A DNA stretch of 60,713 nucleotides from Anaerolineales bacterium (GTDB taxonomy: Bacteria; Chloroflexota; Anaerolineae; Anaerolineales; UBA6668). Shown in pieces: positions 20,391-29,828 of this stretch (the stretch's first letter is position 1; each line of letters opens with the position of its first letter). The DNA lies in the NCBI GenBank assembly GCA_020630805.1, contig JAHDIM010000003.1, positions 1 to 60,713 of the forward strand, given 5' to 3'. The notes under the pieces were generated by a model. That model saw nothing but the letters and a program-made list of their open reading frames with translations. It ran no database searches and was not told the origin of the DNA. The translations under genes were made by a program, and so were the position numbers.

Positions 20391-21530
20391 TCAATTGTTT
20401 GGCGTGCTGTACAGCTTGAGCCAGTCACGCCTGATTTTTTGATATGCCATTTTCGAAACCAATTGTCGTTCATCTCGATCACGCAACAGCCGAAATATCA
20501 AATTAACTGGTGTTCGGATAAGCGCCGAATATAAAATCCAACCAAGTTTGGCGCGGCTAATTGTTGCTTCACGACCAAGCTCTTGATGTACAAATGCTTG
20601 CTGCTCAGGTGTAATCTCATCATTCAGGCCACTAAAAATAGCAGCACACCTGCGGACTGTATTCCCAGCTTGCAGATCTGTAACGCGGGCATGTTCTTTT
20701 ATTTGCCACTGTTGTCGCTCTGCTGCGGTTGCAAATTCCCGGTCTTCTGCGCCTAACTGGCTGATTAGCAATGGCCAATATTTATCATAGAGTTTGGTAT
20801 ACCACTCAATCGAAGCCGAGGCCGTTGTTGAATAGTTAATGGTCCGCATTGTGTAATATGCGGTTGGGCCATACACGCTAACCGGCAACCCAAAATCCGC
20901 ACAATACAGCAATGCGCTTGTCCAATCGTTGCACATTGCATATTTGAAATTGCGGGCAGTCTCGTAAAAACGCGCTACAAAATCACGGCTGGTTGCGTGC
21001 CCAAACGTTACACAGTCAATCCCGCGGGCCAATATTTTTTTGTGCACCCCTTTTTGAACATCAATATAGTGCAGGCACACGGTGACCGGTTGACGCTCCT
21101 CGGGCAACGATTTGAGATTTTCAATATAGGCCTCAAAATCAACATCAACATCTTTGATGACCATCGAATGCGAATAGAACGCAAGCGTACCTTGCTGATC
21201 TGGCGCTAATGTCACCCCTGTAAGTAGGCGGTACAACACAAACGGGCAGGGAATAAAATGACATTTAGTCTTTGAATATTGATCAAAGATGCTTTTATAA
21301 CGTTTTACATAGACCAGTGATTGGCTATAAAAGGTGCCTAAATCGCGCACGCTTGGCACATAATTTTGGCTTGTTGAATGTGTTGCCTCAACCCAAACAG
21401 GCAGCCATCTAGGGTATCTGGCATACCGGCGTAATACCTCACCAGCGCCGTACATTTCAGCCCCAAGATTTGTAAATGGCGGATACCACTCAACCGTTGT
21501 TGCCCGTGCTTCTAAGTCTTTAGCGTGCAT
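20391..21530 (-). CDS. Hypothetical protein, paralog of 29829..30950; possible GT-B-fold transferase
   Basis: 379 aa. Shares PPFTNLGAEMYGAG, WLP.W.EATHS, QPVTVCLHY.DV and W.SALLYC.D.GLP.SVYG with its paralog. Confidence 0.6.
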   Translation of the reverse strand: MHAKDLEARATTVEWYPPFTNLGAEMYGAGEVLRRYARYPRWLPVWVEATHSTSQNYVPSVRDLGTFYSQSLVYVKRYKSIFDQYSKTKCHFIPCPFVLYRLLTGVTLAPDQQGTLAFYSHSMVIKDVDVDFEAYIENLKSLPEERQPVTVCLHYIDVQKGVHKKILARGIDCVTFGHATSRDFVARFYETARNFKYAMCNDWTSALLYCADFGLPVSVYGPTAYYTMRTINYSTTASASIEWYTKLYDKYWPLLISQLGAEDREFATAAERQQWQIKEHARVTDLQAGNTVRRCAAIFSGLNDEITPEQQAFVHQELGREATISRAKLGWILYSALIRTPVNLIFRLLRDRDERQLVSKMAYQKIRRDWLKLYSTPNN

Positions 21531-22803
21531 GGCTAGCGGCAGCGGCCTCCGTGTTTAATATATTTTGATAGACAGCCTTATACCGCTGTGCTTGTAATGA
21601 AAGTGAAAACTTTTCCACCGCGCTTGTTCGCGCATTTTCAGCGCAGGCCTGCCGGACAGCATCATCATCTAATAGATAAGTTAGCCCATTAGCAAGGTCT
21701 GTCACACTTTCTGGCTCTGCTAAGTACCCGTTGTATTTATGTGTGATCATGTCTGGCACGCCACCTACATTGAATGCAACAGTTGGAGTGCCACTGGCAA
21801 GGGCTTCTAAAATTGTGTTGGGCAGGTTATCTTGCAACGTGGGTAACACAAACACATCCGCAGCAACGTAAATCATGCTGAGCGGAATCTCATTAGAGAA
21901 GTGCCCCAAGCTCTTGATTGGATAGGGTATTTCAGGGTGGAAATCTTGAACGCCATCTTGGCCAAAAGTCAGCAGCGTAATCTCTTTATCTGGAAGTTGC
22001 TGATGCACTAAATTGAGCGCATCCAGCAATAGCTCATAGCCCTTACGCCGATCTGTGGTTCCCACAGCCCCACCAAATAGGACGTACAAGCGATTAGGAT
22101 CTAAGCCCAGAATACGCTGTACATCTGCCTTGACATATGGCCTAAATGTCTCAAGATCTAGCCCGTACGGGATCGTCAAGACTTCAGAATTAGGGAACAT
22201 CTTAGACTCTTCTACAACTGTCTTGAGCCAGCGACTTGGCGTCACAATTGAGAATGTCTTTTTCTGCCAAAGCCTGCGCTTCAGTGCTTGAGAAGTTGTT
22301 GAAACATCGGTGTTGTATTGCGAGCCAAGGATGGGACAAGCGCCGCACCGGTCAGTATATTTATTGCAGCCAAAATCGTAATGGCAGCCCCCGGTCACAC
22401 TCCACATATCATGCATGGTCCAGACAATTGGCACCTTGATTTTTGAAATTTCTAACAAAGATAGCGTGGTGGAATTGACCCAATGCAGATTAACAATATC
22501 GGGGTCTAACGCGAGGATTTTTTTCAAAATACCTGAGCCGATCCAATTGTTACTGAAAATATCAGTTTTGGAGCGTTTTTTATACCCAAGTACAGGCAGG
22601 CGATCAAGATAAGGTGTTAATGTGTAGCGAACCGTTCTATCAAAGACAGAGTCTGTTGTAACGATACTGTTTCCAGAAAAATGCTTGCGCTTAACAAACA
22701 GAATTGAATCCACACCTTGTGCTAACAGCCCTTGATGAAGTCTTAACGCAGCTTTGCCAGCCCCACCAATAATGTCATGTTCACTGACATGCACAATTCT
22801 CAT
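21520..22803 (-). CDS. GT4 glycosyltransferase (WcaC-like)
   Basis: GGAGKAALRLH, VNLHW, WTMHDMW.VTGGCHY..GC..Y...CG.CP, RKG, DNLPNTILEALASGTP. Confidence 0.9.
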   Translation of the reverse strand: MRIVHVSEHDIIGGAGKAALRLHQGLLAQGVDSILFVKRKHFSGNSIVTTDSVFDRTVRYTLTPYLDRLPVLGYKKRSKTDIFSNNWIGSGILKKILALDPDIVNLHWVNSTTLSLLEISKIKVPIVWTMHDMWSVTGGCHYDFGCNKYTDRCGACPILGSQYNTDVSTTSQALKRRLWQKKTFSIVTPSRWLKTVVEESKMFPNSEVLTIPYGLDLETFRPYVKADVQRILGLDPNRLYVLFGGAVGTTDRRKGYELLLDALNLVHQQLPDKEITLLTFGQDGVQDFHPEIPYPIKSLGHFSNEIPLSMIYVAADVFVLPTLQDNLPNTILEALASGTPTVAFNVGGVPDMITHKYNGYLAEPESVTDLANGLTYLLDDDAVRQACAENARTSAVEKFSLSLQAQRYKAVYQNILNTEAAAASHAR

Positions 22804-22812
22804 AAATAGTAT

Positions 22813-23787
22813 CTATGATTCAGTAGCTTTGATGCCAATAGAATTTGACATCATAAACCCATATGGATAGGAGCTTACAGTTTTCTTACCGCTATTGTAA
22901 TTAAGCCCGCCTACAGGCTGGATTGAAAATTGTTTGCTTCTAAAAGATGCTGACCAGCAAAATGAAGAATTACTTTGAATAATATTATTTGACAGGTACA
23001 AGCCTAGCCAGTCCTGTGGAGCAGATCCCTGATGCAGTACGTAATTTTTGTCTTGAAAAATAGTAACAATGCGATCATGGTTATCCGAGAACAAATGATA
23101 AACAACATCACTGCCTAATTCTTGTTCGACGCGTTCAATTGCTAAATAGTAGTAACTATCAGGCAGCCGGATTGAATTAGGAAAAATATGCGGTAAATGA
23201 TCTTGATAATCAGTGTCTCTTAAATGAACAGCAACATGGTTTGGCGCGTCAATATCTGGGTAGTGCAGCCGATAGTCGCGTATGGAGTCATCTGGTATCA
23301 ATTTATGAACATCAAAAACATTATAAGTTGGCATCAGCCCATAATGCCAATTATGGCCAATAAATGTGATTGGTACAGAATACTGACTAGCGCTATCAAT
23401 AAAAGTCTTATTGCTTATATATTGGCGATGGCTATTCTTAAGCGCCTTTTCCGTTGTCTCACCGAGTAGGATAGAGGCGAGCTTACGTGGCAAATATTTG
23501 CGAATCTGTCTTAATACGTTATTTTCAATTTCGTATCCGATAGGTTCATCATAGACCAACTCACAATTACTGATATCTTGCGCATCAGCCAAAGGCAAAT
23601 TGAAAATATCATCCAACACAGACTTTTGAGGTGTGGACACCTCAAGACCATAGGTCTCTGCCAAAGCATACGCAAACAATAAATGTAGAATTTTATTGCC
23701 GTAAGAAAAGTTCCAAGAATCTAATCCAACAACTTTGTCAGACAAAATTATTTTTAGTTGTTTGGAAGTTGAATTTTGTCTATTCAT
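22813..23787 (-). CDS. Divergent GT11 (alpha-1,2-fucosyltransferase-like) glycosyltransferase
   Basis: GN motif near the N-terminus, VAVHLRDTDY (cf. HxRRxDY), LFSDN, SNSSFCWSA (cf. NSTFSWWA). Confidence 0.7.
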   Translation of the reverse strand: MNRQNSTSKQLKIILSDKVVGLDSWNFSYGNKILHLLFAYALAETYGLEVSTPQKSVLDDIFNLPLADAQDISNCELVYDEPIGYEIENNVLRQIRKYLPRKLASILLGETTEKALKNSHRQYISNKTFIDSASQYSVPITFIGHNWHYGLMPTYNVFDVHKLIPDDSIRDYRLHYPDIDAPNHVAVHLRDTDYQDHLPHIFPNSIRLPDSYYYLAIERVEQELGSDVVYHLFSDNHDRIVTIFQDKNYVLHQGSAPQDWLGLYLSNNIIQSNSSFCWSASFRSKQFSIQPVGGLNYNSGKKTVSSYPYGFMMSNSIGIKATES

Positions 23788-23848
23788 CTACACAAGTACA
23801 AGTTCTCTTTAGAGTATTCCCAAGTTGTTAATTACTTGATTTTTTACC

Positions 23849-24613
23849 TCAGTATTGATTACGGAAGTAGTTGATAACCAGGAATACAAAAGGCGGCACG
23901 AACAAATAAGCGATTGTTTGGCGTAATCTTGTCAACCGTGATGCAGACTTAATAACTTGATCTTGAACCGAATCCGGCCTGTTTTTGCTTTTCCGCAAGA
24001 AGCCGTTGACATTCCATGTGACCGTGTATTTTTCACGACTCGAATCTATATAAAAATCGTCGTTTTCTTTTAAGAAGTCATGTACAGCTTCATAAGCACC
24101 TGGCACAGGACCAAATGGTAATCCATGCCGTAGGATAGTGTCTTCTACAATAAAAAAGGACTCTTCCGTAACTAGAGCGCCATATGCGCGTAAGACAGCA
24201 AGCGTATTATGGTAAGTATGTGAGCTATCTTCAATAACAAGCACTTTGAAGTGCGGCTGAATTAATTCAGTTACGCGGCTTAATGCTTGGATCGCGTCAT
24301 CTTCAATAAGGGTGATGCGCGGATGCTCAGTGACAACAGGTGGCACTGTTCTATGGGAAAGGTCAATCCCAATAATTTGCCCATTGTCCAGTAAGTCTAA
24401 CGTATGCGCGAGGGCTAAGGTACTCCCACCATTTTTATTGCCAATTTCAATAATGATATCGGGTCTAACTTCAAAAACAATTTCCTGATATACCCAAAAG
24501 TCTAATGGGTTCTTGAGGGTTTGGATGCCAAAATAATGCGTACTGTGCGTAAAGGCATTATGAAGTTGTGGAAGCAGTTCAGCTAAAGGTTGATTAAGTT
24601 GATTGTCTAGCAT
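23849..24613 (-). CDS. CmcI-family O-methyltransferase
   Basis: KNPLDFWVYQEI, IIEIGNKNGGS, IEDSSHTY, IVEDT. Confidence 0.85.
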   Translation of the reverse strand: MLDNQLNQPLAELLPQLHNAFTHSTHYFGIQTLKNPLDFWVYQEIVFEVRPDIIIEIGNKNGGSTLALAHTLDLLDNGQIIGIDLSHRTVPPVVTEHPRITLIEDDAIQALSRVTELIQPHFKVLVIEDSSHTYHNTLAVLRAYGALVTEESFFIVEDTILRHGLPFGPVPGAYEAVHDFLKENDDFYIDSSREKYTVTWNVNGFLRKSKNRPDSVQDQVIKSASRLTRLRQTIAYLFVPPFVFLVINYFRNQY

Positions 24614-24664
24614 TTCAAAATTAAGGTGATAAGACTGAGCGCTTTTCTCTAACTACACAAGATG

Positions 24665-25396
24665 CTAGTTGTTATACAACATATCAACCTTCTTACGATT
24701 CAAGAAGATTGCATCAACATAAACATAACGCCCAGCCGAATCAGGTATTTGAGACAAGTTGCCGGCATAAGAAAATCCATGTGAATCCAAAAACGCACAT
24801 ACGTCAGAGAATTTAGATTGATTTACATATAACGGCTGCAGGCAAATTTCCACTAAAATTGCAGTAATGTTTTCCAACATCGCTACACTGCCCTTTAAGA
24901 CTGGAATTTCATAGCCCTGAACATCTATTTTTAGAAAAATCGGCTCTATGAGTGGCGTATCTTCAAAAAAAGAATCCAAAGTCCTGACAGATACCGATAC
25001 TGATTCTTGACGTTCTGAGATAGGGTACATCTCAGTTTCTAATGAGGTAGTCTCAAGCAATGAGGAAGCTGGACTAAAATCGACGTGCTGCACCATCTCT
25101 TGACTACCATCTACATTACCAATAGCAGACTGGGTCGTGATGACTTTGCCACCTTGAGTTTTAGCCCAAGTGTCTAATTTCGCAAATGGGGCACTTAATG
25201 GCTCAAACGCATATATCTGAGCATCTGGAAAAATCTTCCGATAGACCTTTGAACTTTGTCCTTCATTTGCGCCAACATCTAATATTGTTTCAATTGGAAG
25301 CAGTTCAAGACCTGCCAGGCTATCGGAATTCACATTCAGTACAGTTGAATAGAAATTAGACAAACCTCTTTTTAGTTGTTTAATTTTATTTTGCAT
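24665..25396 (-). CDS. FkbM-family methyltransferase
   Basis: LDVGANEGQ, AFEP, ASSLL, LKIDVQGYE, LY..Q. Start moved to ATG 25396. Confidence 0.9.
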   Translation of the reverse strand: MQNKIKQLKRGLSNFYSTVLNVNSDSLAGLELLPIETILDVGANEGQSSKVYRKIFPDAQIYAFEPLSAPFAKLDTWAKTQGGKVITTQSAIGNVDGSQEMVQHVDFSPASSLLETTSLETEMYPISERQESVSVSVRTLDSFFEDTPLIEPIFLKIDVQGYEIPVLKGSVAMLENITAILVEICLQPLYVNQSKFSDVCAFLDSHGFSYAGNLSQIPDSAGRYVYVDAIFLNRKKVDMLYNN

Positions 25397-25488
25397 TCTA
25401 TATAGACCACATTTGTTACAAGCTAAGATAAATAACTCACAAGGAAACAACTATAACTTATAACAATCAGCCTTGAAAGGATTTTTCT

Positions 25489-26385
25489 CTAGTTGCTCTT
25501 TTTCGAAATCTGCAAACTGGCGGGTTCTAAAACGTTAGATGCTTTCGCAACGATCAAACCATCGTGAGAAAAGGTTTCTAATAAGTTTGCTGACGCAAGA
25601 ATGTGGTATCCATAATCTTCTAGCAATTTTATGCAGTTTGCATGCAACGCATTTGAATGTGTAGAGATAAAGACATATGTTATTTGTTGTCGCGACAGCA
25701 TCTCTGACGCGCCCCAAAGCATTTCCTCTTCATACCCTTGTATATCAGCATGAAGAATATCTAAGCTATCAATAGAATGCGTCTCACAAAACAAATCAAC
25801 AGACGTTGTCGCGTTTTTATTCGCCGGATCTGCACCAATAAACGCTTGTTCAAAATAACCTGTACGGTTATTGAGTTCAAAGTTAAAACGCCCTGTTTCC
25901 AGACATTCAAACTGGGGGTCGATCAAGAAGCATTTGGCAGCGGGCCGCTCTTGCAACAACGATAAAGAGTAAAACGCCCAGTATGAGCCGAGCTCTAGCA
26001 TTGTGCAATTACTTGGTAGTAAGGCAACAATCTCATTAAACGCTCTTTCTTCTTGAGGTTCATGAACACCATTGTTACGAATCAGTAAATTTAATATGCC
26101 TTTCCCATAATATCCGTTAGCGCAAACTCTAACGCCATTATGCATAACAATCGTATACCCATCGACCACGCCCGCATCGGCTACACGCGCAATAGCAAGA
26201 TTATCAGGCGAAGCAATCGCGTCTTGTGTTCTTTCCTCCCAATGACTATCAACATACCCTAAAGAGCGTTGAATCAGCAGTTCATTCTTTAGAAACTGTC
26301 GAATCATTAGACGACGAACAAAATTCGGAAGTATGGCTCTAATTCGATAAAAAGCCTGGATAAGGAAATGCTTGATTCTATACAT
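25489..26385 (-). CDS. FkbM-like methyltransferase
   Basis: GVHEPQEE, MLELGSYWAFYS, LHADIQGYE, FISTHS. Confidence 0.78.
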   Translation of the reverse strand: MYRIKHFLIQAFYRIRAILPNFVRRLMIRQFLKNELLIQRSLGYVDSHWEERTQDAIASPDNLAIARVADAGVVDGYTIVMHNGVRVCANGYYGKGILNLLIRNNGVHEPQEERAFNEIVALLPSNCTMLELGSYWAFYSLSLLQERPAAKCFLIDPQFECLETGRFNFELNNRTGYFEQAFIGADPANKNATTSVDLFCETHSIDSLDILHADIQGYEEEMLWGASEMLSRQQITYVFISTHSNALHANCIKLLEDYGYHILASANLLETFSHDGLIVAKASNVLEPASLQISKKSN

Positions 26386-26397
26386 TCAACGTTTAAA

Positions 26398-27126
26398 TCA
26401 GTCCGTTTTAGGCTGCAACTGTTCAAATTTTTCAGACCGGATATGGCGTTCTTCCAACACACTCTCGTGTATATAAAATGTGTCGAACATATAATTTTTT
26501 ACAAAAACATACCCATTAGCAAAGAGTATTTCATTGACCCGAGCCGAGGGACGTTCAACTGTCAAACTCTTGAACATATATTTTTGAAAATCTACGCCTA
26601 ACAATACGCGTTCTTCACTGCCTTCAACGTCTAAAGAGAAATAATCAATAACTTTTGGAGCGTTATGTTTATCCAAAATATCAGTCAAGGTAGAAGCTTG
26701 TAATGTGATTAGGTTTGCTTGTGCTAGCTGTTCACCGCGCGCCTCATAATTGTTATCTGTGTCTTCGGCAACAATTCCGCCAAGTTGTCCATTATCAATT
26801 CTAAAAACAACATCTTCCTTAACGTTATTAACAACAGACGGATCTATAGTACAGGTGCGGTTTTTCTCTAGTTCTGGCAAAAATGACGGATTAGGTTCAA
26901 TACAAATCCCGGTCCATCCGAATAACTTTTCTAGTGCATAAGTATTGCTGTGTGTAACCCCATCGGCCGCAGCTAGCTCAATAAAATACCCATTGCGTTT
27001 GAATGGAAAAACCTTGAAGATAACCCAAACGTCCTGTCCACGCTGTGATTTAAACGGGACAATTTGTTTGTAATGTAATAGCAACTTACGGCGTGCTAAT
27101 TCAAAGAAGCTAAGTTTTTCTGACAT
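26398..27126 (-). CDS. FkbM-family methyltransferase
   Basis: SQRGQD, FIELAAADG..HSNT, WTGICIEP, FSLDVEGSE, TVE. Confidence 0.88.
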   Translation of the reverse strand: MSEKLSFFELARRKLLLHYKQIVPFKSQRGQDVWVIFKVFPFKRNGYFIELAAADGVTHSNTYALEKLFGWTGICIEPNPSFLPELEKNRTCTIDPSVVNNVKEDVVFRIDNGQLGGIVAEDTDNNYEARGEQLAQANLITLQASTLTDILDKHNAPKVIDYFSLDVEGSEERVLLGVDFQKYMFKSLTVERPSARVNEILFANGYVFVKNYMFDTFYIHESVLEERHIRSEKFEQLQPKTD

Positions 27127-27132
27127 ATCAAT

Positions 27133-28050
27133 TTACCTTGTTACAACTCTTTTTAGCTTTGAAAAAACACTTGTGCTAAATATTGAAAATTGCAAAAATT
27201 TGTCGTAATCTTTATTCCACTCTACTGTTGCAGGATGTGATAAATCTAGGACGTTTTGGGGTAAGTCAGACAGTTGCACATCGTAATAATCTGGAACATT
27301 CGAAGTGTGTGTTCCAGCACCACTAAAGCCAATATTTTTAACTAACGGAACGTTAGACAAAATAGCAACCCCATTATTTTTCCAACACGTAAAGACCCAC
27401 TGATAATCCCAACTTGTTATGTGATCCTCATAAGTCTTTTGAAAGACACGATACCAAGACACAACTGCTTGAAGCCCTACAACGTTATTTTTCCAAAACC
27501 GGTATTTTAAACGCTGCGTTGGCCAGTCGCGCATCTCTAGATCGTACAGTTGCCAGGCGCTTCGCCATGTAGCCCAGCCCCACACCGTTGGAAAACGAGA
27601 CACCTGATATCCGTTGGCTGCTGTTGTATATTTCCGCACACCAGACCCAACGTGCATGACGCTGTCATCGTCCTTGTAATAGTCCAGCAATTCCTGACAA
27701 AAGAAAAAGAATGCAACGCTAGGAAGACAATCATCTTCTAAAATAATAGCGGTCTCTACCTGACTAAACGCCCAAGAAATACCACTTGAAACGCGCTCTT
27801 TGCACCCTAAATTATGGTCGGCATAATTCATTTTTACATCGCAATCCCAGGTCACTTGGGAGACAATGGCACGCACTTCTTCACAATTTTCAACATCAGC
27901 AGGATGATGCGGTCTTGGTCCATCTGCAACAATCAGTAATTCCGTTGGCTTAACGCGTGCAACAGCTTGAAATATACGTCTTGTCATTTCAGGCCGATTG
28001 AAGACTAACAACACAACTGGTGTTGTTAGTGGTGGATTAGATTGTTGCAT
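27133..28050 (-). CDS. GT-A fold nucleotide-diphospho-sugar transferase (GT2-like)
   Basis: LLVFNRP, VADGPR, NLGC, IILEDDC, WGWATWRSAW, WDYQW, NIGF...THT. Confidence 0.85.
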   Translation of the reverse strand: MQQSNPPLTTPVVLLVFNRPEMTRRIFQAVARVKPTELLIVADGPRPHHPADVENCEEVRAIVSQVTWDCDVKMNYADHNLGCKERVSSGISWAFSQVETAIILEDDCLPSVAFFFFCQELLDYYKDDDSVMHVGSGVRKYTTAANGYQVSRFPTVWGWATWRSAWQLYDLEMRDWPTQRLKYRFWKNNVVGLQAVVSWYRVFQKTYEDHITSWDYQWVFTCWKNNGVAILSNVPLVKNIGFSGAGTHTSNVPDYYDVQLSDLPQNVLDLSHPATVEWNKDYDKFLQFSIFSTSVFSKLKRVVTR

Positions 28051-28097
28051 CTCTTATGGAATAGTGGCGGTTTCAGTATGTGTAAGCGCTTAACTAA

Positions 28098-28874
28098 TCA
28101 ACTAGATTTTATGGCGATGCGCCCCGTGGCGTCGATCCTGTGTAGCAAAACGTTTATGTTATTGGCCTCGAAATATTCATCAACAGCTTTTTTCGCACCA
28201 GCCCAGAATCCATAATCGTCAAAAATGATGATGCCACCCGGCACAACTAATTCAAACAAATGCTCTAACTCATGCTTTGTAGACTCATACCAGTCTGTAT
28301 CTAGGCGTAAAACAGCAATTTTTTCAGGGATAGTACCTGGTATCGTATCTTCAACCTTACCAACCACATAATGGACTTGAGATTGCGGATACTCTGTTTG
28401 ACCCATCGTCTGTTTAACAAGATCTAGCTCTGCTGCACACCAAATACTAGTTGGATCAGATTTGCTTTGTGTATTCAGAAGTTGCGCTGCGCCATGCCCT
28501 TGGGTATTTACATCTTCATCTGTTGGCGCGCTCATGCCTTCGTAGGTATCATACAAATACAACTCACGCTTAGTGTCGCCAAACGCTACTAAAGATTGTG
28601 CTGCCGCAAATGAACTACCGCCGCGCCACACACCACATTCTACAAACGCCCCTTCAATACCCGTATCAACCACATACTTAATGGCCTGACAAAGGCTATG
28701 TAGACGCTCATAACTTGTCATCGTATTCTGTTTAGCTTCAGCAATGATTGGCAGAGTCCACTGGTCAAACCCATAAGATGCTAAATCATCTAACGATGGC
28801 TTTACAACAAGAGAATATCCGTACTTTTCAAGAGTAGTTTTCGCTAATCCCGCTATATATGATCTTATCTTCAT
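28098..28874 (-). CDS. TylF/MycF/NovP-family sugar O-methyltransferase
   Basis: VECGVWRGGS, YDTYEGM, LRLDTDWYEST, DDYGFWAGAKKAVDEY. Confidence 0.92.
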   Translation of the reverse strand: MKIRSYIAGLAKTTLEKYGYSLVVKPSLDDLASYGFDQWTLPIIAEAKQNTMTSYERLHSLCQAIKYVVDTGIEGAFVECGVWRGGSSFAAAQSLVAFGDTKRELYLYDTYEGMSAPTDEDVNTQGHGAAQLLNTQSKSDPTSIWCAAELDLVKQTMGQTEYPQSQVHYVVGKVEDTIPGTIPEKIAVLRLDTDWYESTKHELEHLFELVVPGGIIIFDDYGFWAGAKKAVDEYFEANNINVLLHRIDATGRIAIKSS

Positions 28875-29070
28875 AATTTTCTAGTATTACCTGAAATAGC
28901 AGTGCTATAGCAGGCATCAATCTGCCAAGTAAATACTGATAAACTAATTTTAACAGACGCGTATTCTACAAGAGTTTCACGATCTACAGCGATTATGCCT
29001 ATGGGTGAGCAGCATGAGTAGCTACCGCTACAATAGAACGTTTTACTACATATAGGCTTAACGATAAATA

Positions 29071-29700
29071 CTATTTCGTTGCAATTGCATATAGCGACTC
29101 AAAATCACGCGCTTTGTTATCTAATTCGGGATCAAATTCCCGGCTCATAACATCCTTAAAGCCTGCTTGCTCTAACCTACATAGAAGATTCTCTTTATCA
29201 AACATATAGTAGTGATTACCATCCATGTAAGCCATGTAGTTTATATAGTCAATAGGCGTTGTTCTATTTATGGCAGGAATATATAGCTGCTTTTCTTCAA
29301 ATGGTAGGGTGCCAGCCATATAAGCATCTATATATAAGCGTGCATTGGGGACACAAATTGAAAATTCGCCACCTGGCGATAACACACGCAAGCTCTCTTG
29401 AAGAAAACTCTGGCCATCAGTAAACGGAAGATGCTCTAAAAAGTGCGATGAATAAATACGTTTTACTGAATTTGAAGGAAAGGGGATACCATTTTTTAAG
29501 TTCCAATAGATATCACACTTACGCGTCATATCCACAGTTGTCCAGCCGTCTTCACCCTTTTTATCACCAGCGCCAATCTCTAAATAAATATCAGTAGCAT
29601 TATTATTTAATAAGCGCCTAGTATTCAGCCGTCCTTGCGTAACACGTACAACTCGGTAGCATGGGTAAATTAGTTTTTTTAGTGTTGCATTGATCTTCAT
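29071..29700 (-). CDS. Class I SAM-dependent methyltransferase domain protein
   Basis: LEIGAG, IPF, YSSHFLEH, RVLSPGG...VP. Confidence 0.82.
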   Translation of the reverse strand: MKINATLKKLIYPCYRVVRVTQGRLNTRRLLNNNATDIYLEIGAGDKKGEDGWTTVDMTRKCDIYWNLKNGIPFPSNSVKRIYSSHFLEHLPFTDGQSFLQESLRVLSPGGEFSICVPNARLYIDAYMAGTLPFEEKQLYIPAINRTTPIDYINYMAYMDGNHYYMFDKENLLCRLEQAGFKDVMSREFDPELDNKARDFESLYAIATK

Positions 29701-29828
29701 TCGTTTTGAAAACTCAAATTTATTTTACGAAAAGAATATGGGGAAACTTCATCTTTGAAACAAAGGCCATAATGACAACGCCCTAATACAGCACTGCTAT
29801 CTAATCAGACGTAAAAATGCGTAATTAT

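Noticed and set aside
12712-28874. Antibiotic biosynthetic cluster (CmcI, TylF, FkbM, C-methyltransferases)
   Set aside because: No PKS, NRPS, cyclitol synthase, regulator or resistance gene. The context is surface-glycan synthesis.
29015-29032. ops-like GCGGTAGC on the minus strand
   Set aside because: Only a partial match to GGCGGTAGnnTG, located mid-locus, with no JUMPstart context or RfaH gene.
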